Of a stretch of 64,000 nucleotides of DNA, positions 55,117 through 64,000 are shown piece by piece. The notes beneath the pieces were generated by a model. That model was not told the origin of the DNA. It saw nothing but the letters and a program-made list of their open reading frames with translations, and did not search any database. Source of the DNA: Clostridia bacterium (GTDB lineage Bacteria; Bacillota; Clostridia; Christensenellales; CAG-138); assembly GCA_017435905.1 (NCBI GenBank), contig JAFSEB010000040.1, positions 3,796 to 67,795 of the forward strand, written 5' to 3'. The position numbers were made by a program, and so were the translations under genes. The stretch's first letter is position 1, and each line of letters starts with the position of its first letter.

Positions 55117-56283
55117 ATGGCAACGCTGCTGCTGATCGTGATCTACGTCGCCTTTGTGGGGCTTGGAGTGCCGGACTCGCTGTTCGGCACGGCTTGGCCT
55201 GCCATTTATGCGCAGTGGGGTCTGCCGGTATCCTTTGCCACATTTGTCAATTCCATCAACTCGGTGTTTTCCTTTTTGTCGAGCCTTGTGAGCGCAAGAG
55301 TCATAAACCGCCTTGGTACCTATAAGGTGGCGCTCATTTCCACCGCCCTGACAGCGGTGGCGCTTTTCGGCTTTTCCGTGGCGCCAAGCTTCATTTGGTT
55401 CGTGCTGCTCTCCATTCCCCTTGGCTTTGGCGGCGGCTGTATCGATGCTGCCCTCAACGGCTATGTGGCCATCCACTACAGTGCGCTCCATATGAATATG
55501 CTGCACTGCTCCTACGGCATCGGCGTTACCGTCAGCCCCTTCATCCTTTCCTTTGCCCTTGCAGGACCGGGCGGCTGGCGGGGCGGCTACCGGGCGGTGG
55601 TGCTGCTGCAGCTTATCATCACGGTCATCGTGGCGGCTTCGCTGCCCCTGTGGCGCAAACAGAGCGGCGGCAACAGTTTGGTGGAGCCGGAAAGCAGGGA
55701 TGTTCCCTTCCGGGAGCTGGTGCGCATCAAGGGCGTGCCTGCCACATGGGTGCTGTTCTTTTCTGCCTGCGCCATTGAATCCACCTGCGGGCAATGGGGC
55801 AGCACGTTTCTTGTGGAAGCGAAGGGCTTCGGGGCGGATGTGGCGGCAGGCTTCGTGTCGCTTTATTATCTCGGACTTGCCCTGGGGCGGTTTTTCTCCG
55901 GCATCCTCTCCCTGCGGCTGAGCGCAGGCAGGCTGGTGGTTCTGGGCGAGTGCATCGTGGGAACGGCCATCATCCTGCTGATTTTGCCCCTTGGCAGCGT
56001 TGTGGCTGCGGCAGGGCTCTTCCTTGCGGGCTTCGGCATCGGCCCCATATACCCGAATCTCATGCACATGACGCCCTACCGCTTCGGCATTGAGGCGGCA
56101 CGCTCCGTCATGGGCACGCAGGCAGCCTGCGCAAGCCTCGGCTTCATGACCATGCCTGCCCTGTTCGGGCTCGTCGCACAGCTGATCGATCCTGCCATGC
56201 TGCCGTATTTCGTGCTGTGCCTGTTCCTGATCCTTGCCATCGTGACAGCTGCTTCCAAAACCGCAAGGCTGAAACGGGATTGA
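55117..56283 (+). CDS. MFS transporter
   Basis: Start ATG 55117 follows GGGAGG. The 388-aa protein has 12 predicted TM helices with MFS-like spacing. Confidence 0.8.
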   Translation: MATLLLIVIYVAFVGLGVPDSLFGTAWPAIYAQWGLPVSFATFVNSINSVFSFLSSLVSARVINRLGTYKVALISTALTAVALFGFSVAPSFIWFVLLSIPLGFGGGCIDAALNGYVAIHYSALHMNMLHCSYGIGVTVSPFILSFALAGPGGWRGGYRAVVLLQLIITVIVAASLPLWRKQSGGNSLVEPESRDVPFRELVRIKGVPATWVLFFSACAIESTCGQWGSTFLVEAKGFGADVAAGFVSLYYLGLALGRFFSGILSLRLSAGRLVVLGECIVGTAIILLILPLGSVVAAAGLFLAGFGIGPIYPNLMHMTPYRFGIEAARSVMGTQAACASLGFMTMPALFGLVAQLIDPAMLPYFVLCLFLILAIVTAASKTARLKRD

Positions 56284-56307
56284 TACCCGAAAGGAAAAAC
56301 GAACCTT

Positions 56308-57144
56308 ATGCTGTATTTGCTTCTTGCGATCCTGACGAGCGCACTCAACACCGTGGTGATGCGCCTGAGTGAAAAACACATTTCCGGCAAAATGCCCCTG
56401 CTGGCGGTGAGCTATACGGTCAGCCTTGTGCTGGCAGGCGGCTGCATGCTCCTCGGCGGCCAGCCCGTGACGGGGGAGGGCATGGGCACCGCCCTGTGGA
56501 TGGGCGGCGTGAACGGCATTTTCTATGTGCTGGGCTTTGTGATGCTGCAGCTGAACGTGAGCCGCAACGGCGTGGTGCTGAGCGCTACCTTTATGAAGCT
56601 CGGTCTTCTGGTACCGCTTCTCATGTCCGTGCTGTTTTTCGGCGAGATCCCCGGCGGTCTGCAGATCGTGGGCATCCTGATGGCGATAGCGGCCATCGTG
56701 CTCATCCATTATGAGAAGGAAGAGACTGTGATGCGCTTTCGCATCGGTCTGCCGCTGCTGCTTCTTGCAGGCGGCTGTTCCGATATCATGAGCAAGATCT
56801 TTGAGGAAACGGGTCCGCTGCAGTTTTCCGACCTGTTCCTGCTGTGTACCTTTGTGATGGCGGTCATCCTCTGCACGGGCATGATGCTGCTGCGCCATGA
56901 GCGACCCCATGCAAAGGATGTGCTCTTCGGCGCCCTTATCGGCATCCCGAATTATTTTTCCGCCCGTGTTATCCTCAAGGCCATCGAGCACCTGCCTGCG
57001 GTGGTGGTATTCCCCACCTACAACGCCGGCGCCATCGTGGCGGTGAGCCTTGCAGGCGTGCTGCTGTTCCATGAAAAGCTCGGCAGGCGCCAATGGATCG
57101 CCGTGGGCATCATCCTTGCTGCCATCGTGCTGCTGAACATCTGA
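56308..57144 (+). CDS. DMT-superfamily (EamA-like) membrane protein
   Basis: 278 aa, about 10 TM helices arranged as two similar halves. The family assignment is tentative. Confidence 0.55.
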   Translation: MLYLLLAILTSALNTVVMRLSEKHISGKMPLLAVSYTVSLVLAGGCMLLGGQPVTGEGMGTALWMGGVNGIFYVLGFVMLQLNVSRNGVVLSATFMKLGLLVPLLMSVLFFGEIPGGLQIVGILMAIAAIVLIHYEKEETVMRFRIGLPLLLLAGGCSDIMSKIFEETGPLQFSDLFLLCTFVMAVILCTGMMLLRHERPHAKDVLFGALIGIPNYFSARVILKAIEHLPAVVVFPTYNAGAIVAVSLAGVLLFHEKLGRRQWIAVGIILAAIVLLNI

Positions 57145-57163
57145 AACGGACGGATACCGTAAA

Positions 57164-57194
57164 AGCCCCGAAGGTGCTGCCTTCGGGGCTTTCT
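57164..57194 (+). terminator. Rho-independent terminator
   Basis: AGCCCCGAAGG-TGCTG-CCTTCGGGGCT followed by TTCT. Confidence 0.6.
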
Positions 57195-57336
57195 GCATAG
57201 CGCAGGGGTTTCCTGCATGTGGTTCATGGTGCAGCAAAGAGGGCAAAAGAAGAGACTTTCCGCCCCATATAAAGCGGAAGGAGAACACCTTTGCGCCGCA
57301 CGGGGAGACCGCATGGATGAATACTTTTTTGCATAC

Positions 57337-57364
57337 AAAAAGGCCGGGGCAAAATGCCCCGGCC
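57337..57364 (-). terminator. Terminator of ABC operon 2
   Basis: On the + strand AAAAA precedes GGCCGGGGC-AAAAT-GCCCCGGCC, downstream of the - strand SBP gene. Confidence 0.5.
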
Positions 57365-57391
57365 CTGTTGTCCGTTTAGAAGATGCTTAAA

Positions 57392-59104
57392 TTAAGCAAG
57401 CTTCATGGTCGGCCAGGAGAACCTGTTCCAGTAACCGCTGTCTTCCCACTGGGTCTGCCAGCCGGTCCAACCGGAAGCATAGGCTTCAAGACCGATGTCG
57501 CCGTAAGCGATGATGTAGGGAACATCCTCATAGATGATCTCGAGCATTTCGTGAACGATCTTCACGCGCTCTTCCTCATCGAGGGTCTGGGCCTGCTTGA
57601 CATACAGCTCATCGTAGTAGGGGTTGCTGTAGTTGCAGTCGCTGCGGCCGCCGATGTTGTCGGTGATCATGATGGAGAGGGTGTAGGACGGATCGTCGGG
57701 ACCAAGATCCCAACCCCAGATATAGATATCGGTGTCGAAGTTCTGGTCGTAGATGATCTCGTTCATGCGAGCACCGTCAACCCAGATGATCTCGATGTCG
57801 ATACCGATCTTTTCGATGTCGCTCTCAACGAGGAGACCCATTTCACGGGCGTTCTCTTCGATAACAGCCATACGGAAGGCAAGGGGAGCGCCGTCAGCGG
57901 ACTCACGGATGCCGTCGCCGTCGGTGTCCTTATAGCCATTGGCCTCAAGGAGGGCCTTACCGGCTTCGGGATCGTAGGGCCTGTAGAGGGGATGGTTCTC
58001 GTCGAAGGTGACGTGATACTTACCGTGGGTAGCGGGGAGGAGGCACTTCTCGGTGAGTGCGATGCCGCCCTTGTAGTAATCGATGATGGTCTGGTAGTTG
58101 ATGGAGTAGTCGATCGCCTGACGGATGACCTTGTCAAGGATCAGGGGATTGCCCTTGGAGGCGGGATCCTGCCAGCAGTTGAAGCCGATCTCGCGCCAAC
58201 CGGACTGGTTGAAGCGGTGAGCGGTAACGCCTTCGGAGTTCTCGGCAGCCTCGAGCTGGGTGGTGGTGATGGTGCAGTAGTCGATATCGCCGGCCTGGAG
58301 AGCCTGGAACATAGCGTCGTTATCGGAGAAGTTGACGAACATCAGCTCATCGAAACCGGTAACGGGGGTGCCCCAGTAATTTTCGTTGGCGCCAAGGCGG
58401 ACATACTCGTCAACTTTGTCGTCGATGTAGTAGAACATGCCGGTACCAACGGGGTTGGCGTTCTCAAATGCAGCGATCTCTTCGTAGCTCTGGAACTGGT
58501 TCCAGATGTGCTCGGGGGTAATCATGAGGCCGAGGCAGACGATGATGTCAGCCTTGGGAGCTTCGGTGGTGATGGAGAAGGTGTAATCGTCGATGAGCTG
58601 ATAATCCTTGATCCACTTCATGTTGGCCCAGGTGATCGGGATCTCATACTCGATAGCCATGCGGTAGGAGTTATAAACGTCGTTGGCGTCCATAGTCTCG
58701 CCGTCATGCCATTTTACGCCTTCACGGATCTTGAAGGTCCAGGTGCAGCCGTCGGGGCTGACTTCCCAGCTCTCCGCGAGAACGCCCATGAGCTCGTTGT
58801 TGGGATCCTTGGTGCAGAGGCTCTCATAGATGTTGTCCTTGAACATCAGGTTGCCTGCGCTGACAACGGAGACGTAGGGGTTCTTGGTGTCGGCCCAGGT
58901 GCCCATGTTGCCGTAGCGGAACACGATGGGTTCGTCAGTTGCTTCAGGAGCTTCGGATGCTTCGGGAGCGGTGGAAGCTTCGGGAGCAGTGGAGGTTTCG
59001 GGGGCAGTGGAGGTCTCGGGTTCGGTGCCGGCGGGCTTACCGCAAGCTGCGAACGCAAGAGCCATCATGCAAACCACCAGGATGAGGGAAATCCATTTTT
59101 TCAT
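57392..59104 (-). CDS. ABC transporter substrate-binding lipoprotein (family 5)
   Basis: Start ATG 59104 (MKKWISLILVVCMMALAFAAC lipobox), a TSTAPE/ASTAPE-rich linker, then an SBP_bac_5 body. Confidence 0.9.
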   Translation of the reverse strand: MKKWISLILVVCMMALAFAACGKPAGTEPETSTAPETSTAPEASTAPEASEAPEATDEPIVFRYGNMGTWADTKNPYVSVVSAGNLMFKDNIYESLCTKDPNNELMGVLAESWEVSPDGCTWTFKIREGVKWHDGETMDANDVYNSYRMAIEYEIPITWANMKWIKDYQLIDDYTFSITTEAPKADIIVCLGLMITPEHIWNQFQSYEEIAAFENANPVGTGMFYYIDDKVDEYVRLGANENYWGTPVTGFDELMFVNFSDNDAMFQALQAGDIDYCTITTTQLEAAENSEGVTAHRFNQSGWREIGFNCWQDPASKGNPLILDKVIRQAIDYSINYQTIIDYYKGGIALTEKCLLPATHGKYHVTFDENHPLYRPYDPEAGKALLEANGYKDTDGDGIRESADGAPLAFRMAVIEENAREMGLLVESDIEKIGIDIEIIWVDGARMNEIIYDQNFDTDIYIWGWDLGPDDPSYTLSIMITDNIGGRSDCNYSNPYYDELYVKQAQTLDEEERVKIVHEMLEIIYEDVPYIIAYGDIGLEAYASGWTGWQTQWEDSGYWNRFSWPTMKLA

Positions 59105-59181
59105 TGTTCGTCCTCCTGTTTTTTGGTTTTGATGTTTGTATCTAACGCCGGGTATCCGGCAGAAACACAAGGGGATGAGGA

Positions 59182-60210
59182 TCAATCCTCTTCGTCGTTC
59201 AGCTGACCGATGGGCTGCGGGAAGTGGCAGCAGATGTAATGGTCTTCGCCGATGGGACGGTACTCGGGGTCTTCCTCGAAGCAGCGCTGCTGTGCGATGG
59301 GGCAGCGGGATGCGAAGCGGCAGCCCTTGGGCAGGTTGACGGGGGAGCTGGTTTCGCCTTCAAGGATGATGCGCTTCATGCGGCGCTTCTCGCCGACCAT
59401 GGCAAGAACGCTGGTGAGCGCCTGGGAGTAGGGGTGCAGACAGCCGCCTGCAATGATATCCGCAGGACCGTATTCCACGATGCGGCCCATGTACATGATG
59501 GCGACATGGTCGCTGATGAGCCATGCAAGGGAAAGGTCATGGGTGATGAAGAGGATGCTGGCGCCCTTTTCTTCCTTCAGGCCCACGAAGAGCTTGAGGA
59601 TGTTGGCACGCACGGAAGCATCCAGCATGGAAACGGGTTCGTCCGCCACGATGAATTCGGGAGCCATGATGAAGCAGGTGGCAATGCTCACACGCTGCCT
59701 CTGGCCGCCGGAAAGCTCATGGGGATAGCGGTACAGGTAATCCACCGCCGGGCGAAGGCCCGCAAACTCCAGCGCCTGAATGGCAAGCATTTCCTTTTCC
59801 GCAAGGTTGGCATCGGAGTTGGTGAGGGTCAGCGGCTCGGTGACGATATCAAATACCGTGAAACGGGGATTCAGGCTCTGGTAAGGATCCTGGAAGATCA
59901 TCTGGGCATGCTTGCGGAATTCACGGTTCCATGCCTTGCTCTTCTTGCCGGTGATGGATTCGCCGTTGAAGATGATGTCGCCGGCGGTGGTGTCCGCAAG
60001 GCGCAGGATGGCACGGCCGGTGGTGGTCTTACCGCTGCCGGATTCGCCTACCAGTGAAACGATCTCGCCCCGGGCGATGTCAAGGTTGATCTTATCCACC
60101 GCATGCACGATCTTCTTGTCACGCAGGATGTATTCCTTGATGAAGCCCTGACGGATGTTAAAGTTTACCTCTACATCTTTCAAGGAGACGATGGGGTCTT
60201 TATCTGCCAT
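59182..60210 (-). CDS. ABC ATP-binding protein (OppF type)
   Basis: Has GESGSGKTT, LSGGQRQR and FIVADEPVS. Its start overlaps the upstream stop (TAATG). Confidence 0.9.
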   Translation of the reverse strand: MADKDPIVSLKDVEVNFNIRQGFIKEYILRDKKIVHAVDKINLDIARGEIVSLVGESGSGKTTTGRAILRLADTTAGDIIFNGESITGKKSKAWNREFRKHAQMIFQDPYQSLNPRFTVFDIVTEPLTLTNSDANLAEKEMLAIQALEFAGLRPAVDYLYRYPHELSGGQRQRVSIATCFIMAPEFIVADEPVSMLDASVRANILKLFVGLKEEKGASILFITHDLSLAWLISDHVAIMYMGRIVEYGPADIIAGGCLHPYSQALTSVLAMVGEKRRMKRIILEGETSSPVNLPKGCRFASRCPIAQQRCFEEDPEYRPIGEDHYICCHFPQPIGQLNDEED

Positions 60211-61181
60211 TATTGATTACCTCCCCTCAGATGACATGCAACAAAGTGTTCGCCGCCCATATCCACAAGCGGGGGCTCCTTGCAGTCGCACAGGCCCTTG
60301 ACGGCATGCTCGCAGCGTGCGTTGAAGCGGCAGCCTGCCGGCGGATTGAACAGATCCGGCGGATCGCCGGGGATGGATTCAACCATCACACGGGGCTGGT
60401 AGATGTTGGGGAAGGCGTGGATCAGCTTGTCGGTGTAGGGGTGCAGGGTCTTCCTGACAACAACATCCGTCTTGCCGTATTCCACGATCTTGCCCGCATA
60501 CATGACCGCAATGCGGTCGCAGGTCTCGGTGATGATGGAAAGGTCGTGGGTGATCATGAGCATGCTCATGTTGAGCTTATGGCGAAGGTCGTTGATCAGG
60601 TCGATGATCTGCGCCTGCACCATGACGTCGAGCGCCGTGGTGGGTTCGTCACCGATGACGAGCTTCGGGTTGCAGGCGAGTGCCATGGCGATGATCGCCC
60701 TCTGGCGCATGCCGCCGGAAAACTCATGGGGATAAGCGTTTACACGCTTCACATCGATGCCAACGAGATCGAAGAGACCCTTGACCCTTTCAAGGGCATC
60801 ACGCTTGGTGACCTTCTCGTGGAGCAGGATGGCTTCTACGATCTGGTCGGAAACCTTCTGCACCGGGTTGAGGGCGTTCATGGCGCCCTGGAAGATCATG
60901 GAAGCCTGTGCCCAGCGGAAATCACGCAGCTCTTTTTCCGGCAGGTTGGTGATATCACGGCCCTCAAAGAGGATCTGGCCGCTGTGGATATAACCGTTGT
61001 CCGGAAGCAGACGGATGGTGGAAAGGGCGGTGGTGGTCTTACCGCAGCCGGATTCACCGACAAGGCCGATGCTCTCGCTGTGGTTCAGGAAGAAGCTGAC
61101 GCCGTCAACAGCCTTAACTTCGCCTGCAGTGATCTTAAAATAGGTTCGGAGGTCTTTTACCTCAAGGAGTCTTTCACTCAT
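60210..61181 (-). CDS. ABC ATP-binding protein (OppD type)
   Basis: Has GESGCGKTT, FSGGMRQR and LVIGDEPTT. Confidence 0.9.
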   Translation of the reverse strand: MSERLLEVKDLRTYFKITAGEVKAVDGVSFFLNHSESIGLVGESGCGKTTTALSTIRLLPDNGYIHSGQILFEGRDITNLPEKELRDFRWAQASMIFQGAMNALNPVQKVSDQIVEAILLHEKVTKRDALERVKGLFDLVGIDVKRVNAYPHEFSGGMRQRAIIAMALACNPKLVIGDEPTTALDVMVQAQIIDLINDLRHKLNMSMLMITHDLSIITETCDRIAVMYAGKIVEYGKTDVVVRKTLHPYTDKLIHAFPNIYQPRVMVESIPGDPPDLFNPPAGCRFNARCEHAVKGLCDCKEPPLVDMGGEHFVACHLRGGNQ

Positions 61182-61183
61182 AA

Positions 61184-62128
61184 TCAGCGCCTCCTCAGTT
61201 TCGGATTCAGGATCTCGTCAAAGCCATAGCCGATGAACACGAAGCTGGCGGCGAGAAGCACGATGCAAAGACCGGCGGGCAGGAACAGCCACAGCGCACC
61301 GCCGGAAACAGCGCCCTGCTGGCGTGCGCTGCGAAGCAGCTGGCCCCAGGTGGGAACGCTGGGATCGCCGATGCCAAGGAAGGCAAGGGTGGTCTCGGAA
61401 ATGATGGCGTTCTGCACGGTGAGAACGAGTTCCGCAAAGATCAGCGGGAACACGTTGGGCAGAATGTGCTTGAACATGATGTAGCTTTCGCTGGCGCCGA
61501 CGGCACGGGCACGCTCAATGTAGGTGCGCTGCTTGATGGAAAGGGTCTGGGAACGCACAAGACGGGCGGTGCCGGTCCAGCCGGTAAGGCCGAGGATCCA
61601 GATGATGTTGGTGAAGTTCTGACCTACGATGGCGGCAAGTACCAGCATCAGCGGCAGGGAGGGGACCATCATGAAGGCCTCCGTAATACGCATGACGATG
61701 GTATCGTAAAGACCGCCGATGTAGGCGGAGGAAATACCCACGACGGTGCCGATGACGGCGATGATCAGCGTAACGAACACGCCGATGGCAAGGGACGCTT
61801 TCGCACCGTAGATGAGGATACCGAGGACGTCACGGCCAAGCTCATCAAAGCCGAGGGGATATTCCGGGGTCGGCGCACCGACACGGGGGCCGAGTGCATA
61901 TGCCTCATGGTCGTATTCATAGAACAGCGGTACCACGAAGGCAAGGATGAAGAAGCACGCCAGCAGGCAGCAGCCGAACACAGCACGCTTGTTGCCGAAG
62001 AACAGCTTCATGTTCATCTTGCGCTTGCGGGCACGGAGCTCCTTTTCACGCTGCTTGAGCTGCTCGAGCAGCTCGGGGGAAAGCTGCTGCGCTTCGGGGG
62101 TATTGGCGGTATTCTTGATGTTTTCCAT
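61184..62128 (-). CDS. ABC permease (OppC type)
   Basis: 314 aa with ...PLGFDELGRDVLGILIYG... and six TM helices. Confidence 0.9.
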   Translation of the reverse strand: MENIKNTANTPEAQQLSPELLEQLKQREKELRARKRKMNMKLFFGNKRAVFGCCLLACFFILAFVVPLFYEYDHEAYALGPRVGAPTPEYPLGFDELGRDVLGILIYGAKASLAIGVFVTLIIAVIGTVVGISSAYIGGLYDTIVMRITEAFMMVPSLPLMLVLAAIVGQNFTNIIWILGLTGWTGTARLVRSQTLSIKQRTYIERARAVGASESYIMFKHILPNVFPLIFAELVLTVQNAIISETTLAFLGIGDPSVPTWGQLLRSARQQGAVSGGALWLFLPAGLCIVLLAASFVFIGYGFDEILNPKLRRR

Positions 62129-62142
62129 GAATCTTCGCCTCC

Positions 62143-63117
62143 TTATTCAACCCTGACGCGCGGGTCAATGTAGGTGTAGAGAATATCAAGCACGAAGTTG
62201 GCGATAATAACCATCAGTGCAATGATATAGTTGGAAGCCTGCAGCATCGGGTAGTCCCTTCGCATAACGGAGTCTACCATAACACGGCCCATGCCCGGCC
62301 AGGTGAAGAGCACTTCGATGGAGAAGGCACCGGTGATGATGAACGCAAGGCTCATGACGATCATGTTGGTGGTAGGCAGCATGGCGTTGGGCACGATATG
62401 GCGGTTGCGCACCTGGCGCTCGCTGAGGCCCTTGGCACGGGCGGTGAGAACGAAGTCCTCGCCGTAAATATCAACGATACTGCCGCGCATGATCATCAGG
62501 TAGCTGCCGAAGCATGCCAGCGCATAGGAGATGGCAGGAAGCGCAAGGTGGCGGAACAGGTCTTTGAGGTATGCCCAGTTGACCGAATTATACTGCACAC
62601 CTGCCGTGAGCATGCCGTTGAAGGGCGCCCACCCAAGCTTGACGCCGAAGATCAGCAGGAAGATCATGGCGAGCCAGAAACTCGGCACGGCGTAAACGAG
62701 CATTGTGAAGGAGGTAATGCCGATATCCAGTTTCTTGCCGTGATGTGCACCGGCAATAATACCGCCTACAACACCTATTATGATGCTGAGCGGTACCGAT
62801 GCGGCACCAAGGATCAGCGTGTTGGCGATCTTATCCTTCAGCACCGTCCAGACATCTTCGCGATACTGGAACGATTGACCGAAATCAAAGGTGATCATGG
62901 ACTTAAGGTAGTTGAGGAACTGGATCGGCAGGGGCTTGTCAAGGCCGTAGAGCTTCTCCATGGCGGCACGGGCTTCCGGATCGGAAACGATTTCCTTCGA
63001 AAGCATGGCGACCGGATCGCCGGGCATCAAACGGAACAGCACGAAGTTAAAGGTAACGACGAACAGAAATACGAAAAGCGTATACATCAGTCGTTTTGAA
63101 AGATACCGTAAACTCAC
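62143..63117 (-). CDS. ABC permease (OppB type)
   Basis: 324 aa starting MSLRYLSKRLMYTLF..., with ...FVLTARAKGLSE.... Confidence 0.9.
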   Translation of the reverse strand: MSLRYLSKRLMYTLFVFLFVVTFNFVLFRLMPGDPVAMLSKEIVSDPEARAAMEKLYGLDKPLPIQFLNYLKSMITFDFGQSFQYREDVWTVLKDKIANTLILGAASVPLSIIIGVVGGIIAGAHHGKKLDIGITSFTMLVYAVPSFWLAMIFLLIFGVKLGWAPFNGMLTAGVQYNSVNWAYLKDLFRHLALPAISYALACFGSYLMIMRGSIVDIYGEDFVLTARAKGLSERQVRNRHIVPNAMLPTTNMIVMSLAFIITGAFSIEVLFTWPGMGRVMVDSVMRRDYPMLQASNYIIALMVIIANFVLDILYTYIDPRVRVE

Positions 63118-63887
63118 TTCTTCTTCATTCTCCTTCCCTTAGTGGGTTTATATGATCCTGCCCGGGGGGGCTGTTATACCGGGGGGAGCAGGTCATAGCA
63201 AATTCAGACACGATGACAATTGTATTCTTTTTTCCCTCTCAGTAAAGGGATTTTGTCGAAAAGCAAAATGACATTTTTGCATCTTAAAATTGCAGGATGA
63301 GCCGGGAATGTAATAACGTTTTTTACATGGAAAACAAAAAAATATTTGTCCTCGCATGAAAGAAAGTGTGCGCTGCAAAGGTTCAAAGAAACAGCAGTTG
63401 GGCAGACACCGAAAAACGATTGCTGCCGAACACACAAAAGCTAATAAATGCATACTAAATATTACGAAAGGTAATGCAATATTAATGTTCACATAAAAAT
63501 ATGTAAATTATATTTTAAACTTATTATACAGGAGCAGCGGGAATACCGCAAGCGACAATTTGTATTAAAATTGGAACTTCTTAGTGGGCTTTATATATAT
63601 AAAACGGCGAAAAATACGTGGAAAACATTGATAAAAAACAAACAAGTTGTACGGAAAAACACCTGCGCCATATCGCTTTGTCAGGGCAGAAAAGGGGTTG
63701 TTTCTGCGCTAACAATGAAGGAAATGAAAACAAAAACTTTCATTTTCATAAAAGCAAAAATGCGATACGGAAAAAGAAAAAAATTCCCCGGGGGTAGTCA
63801 CTCTTTTCGGGAAAGAACGTTTCTGCTATACTGTAAGAAACGGCGCAAGGCCAATTTTTAATTCGTAAGAAAGGGACTGTTTTATAT

Positions 63888-64000
63888 ATGGGAATGGTAC
63901 TGTTAACCGCCCTCGGTGTGGGCGGTGCAACGGCGATCGGCGCCGTGCTGGGCGTCATCTTCAAAAAAACAACGCACAAATTCAGCGACACTGTGCTGTC
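63888..64000 (+). CDS. 5' end of a membrane protein gene (partial). Possibly a ZIP-family metal transporter.
   Basis: The frame is open to the window end: MGMVLLTALGVGGATAIGAVLGVIFKKTTHKFSDTVL.... It opens with a hydrophobic helix. The family is only guessed. Confidence 0.35.
   Translation, partial: MGMVLLTALGVGGATAIGAVLGVIFKKTTHKFSDTVL

Noticed and set aside
54997-57288. 763-aa - strand ORF opposite the MFS and DMT transporter genes
   Set aside because: It is a shadow ORF rich in His, Gln, Arg and Ala, while the + strand frames give regular TM helices.
63193-63861. ORFs of 77-99 aa in the AT-rich intergenic region (63193-63492 -, 63204-63437 -, 63571-63861 +)
   Set aside because: They have no RBS, their composition is Cys/Phe/Lys/Arg-rich, and they overlap one another. 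They are probably non-coding.

Overview
This is a 64-kb chromosomal segment of a high-GC Firmicute (about 55-60% GC, judged by eye). Gene content suggests Clostridia/Oscillospiraceae, but that is inference only. Most of the window is ordinary housekeeping and metabolism. It holds two M20D amidohydrolases, tyrS, ppa, TspO, trmO and the glgB-glgC-glgD-glgA glycogen operon. It also holds queT, an LCP protein, an APC permease, MscS, lepB, an aldo/keto reductase, aminotransferase and DapA-like cluster with LysR and MarR regulators, and an RraA-like aldolase. Two oligopeptide-type ABC importers, a creatininase-family gene with two tandem nitrilase-superfamily paralogs, lrgAB-like genes and MFS/DMT transporters complete the set. 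No rRNA, tRNA or CRISPR array was seen. The stand-out region is 2.5-14.0 kb. A Cheo/LexA-type box and promoter precede a phage late-regulator-like gene, an intact large terminase and a portal gene, but no capsid, tail, lysis or integrase genes follow. Instead there is a 623-aa compositionally chimeric protein with a peptidoglycan-binding motif, tandem repeats and a C-terminal HSHP...DEFSWGD domain. After it come eight paralogous single-pass membrane proteins, each with one Big_3-like Ig domain. These are interleaved with promoter-less, 5'-truncated copies of the 623-aa protein's C-terminus, and each truncated copy begins at a conserved junction stem-loop. This resembles a polymorphic toxin/immunity locus with orphan cassettes, but no known trafficking domain is present. 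Separately, two AT-rich single-gene islets (29.8-30.7 kb and 38.4-39.3 kb, the latter carrying a streptothricin-acetyltransferase-like GNAT) are each bracketed by inverted copies of one ~40-nt repeat family. All family assignments come from motifs read by eye, and no database search was run.
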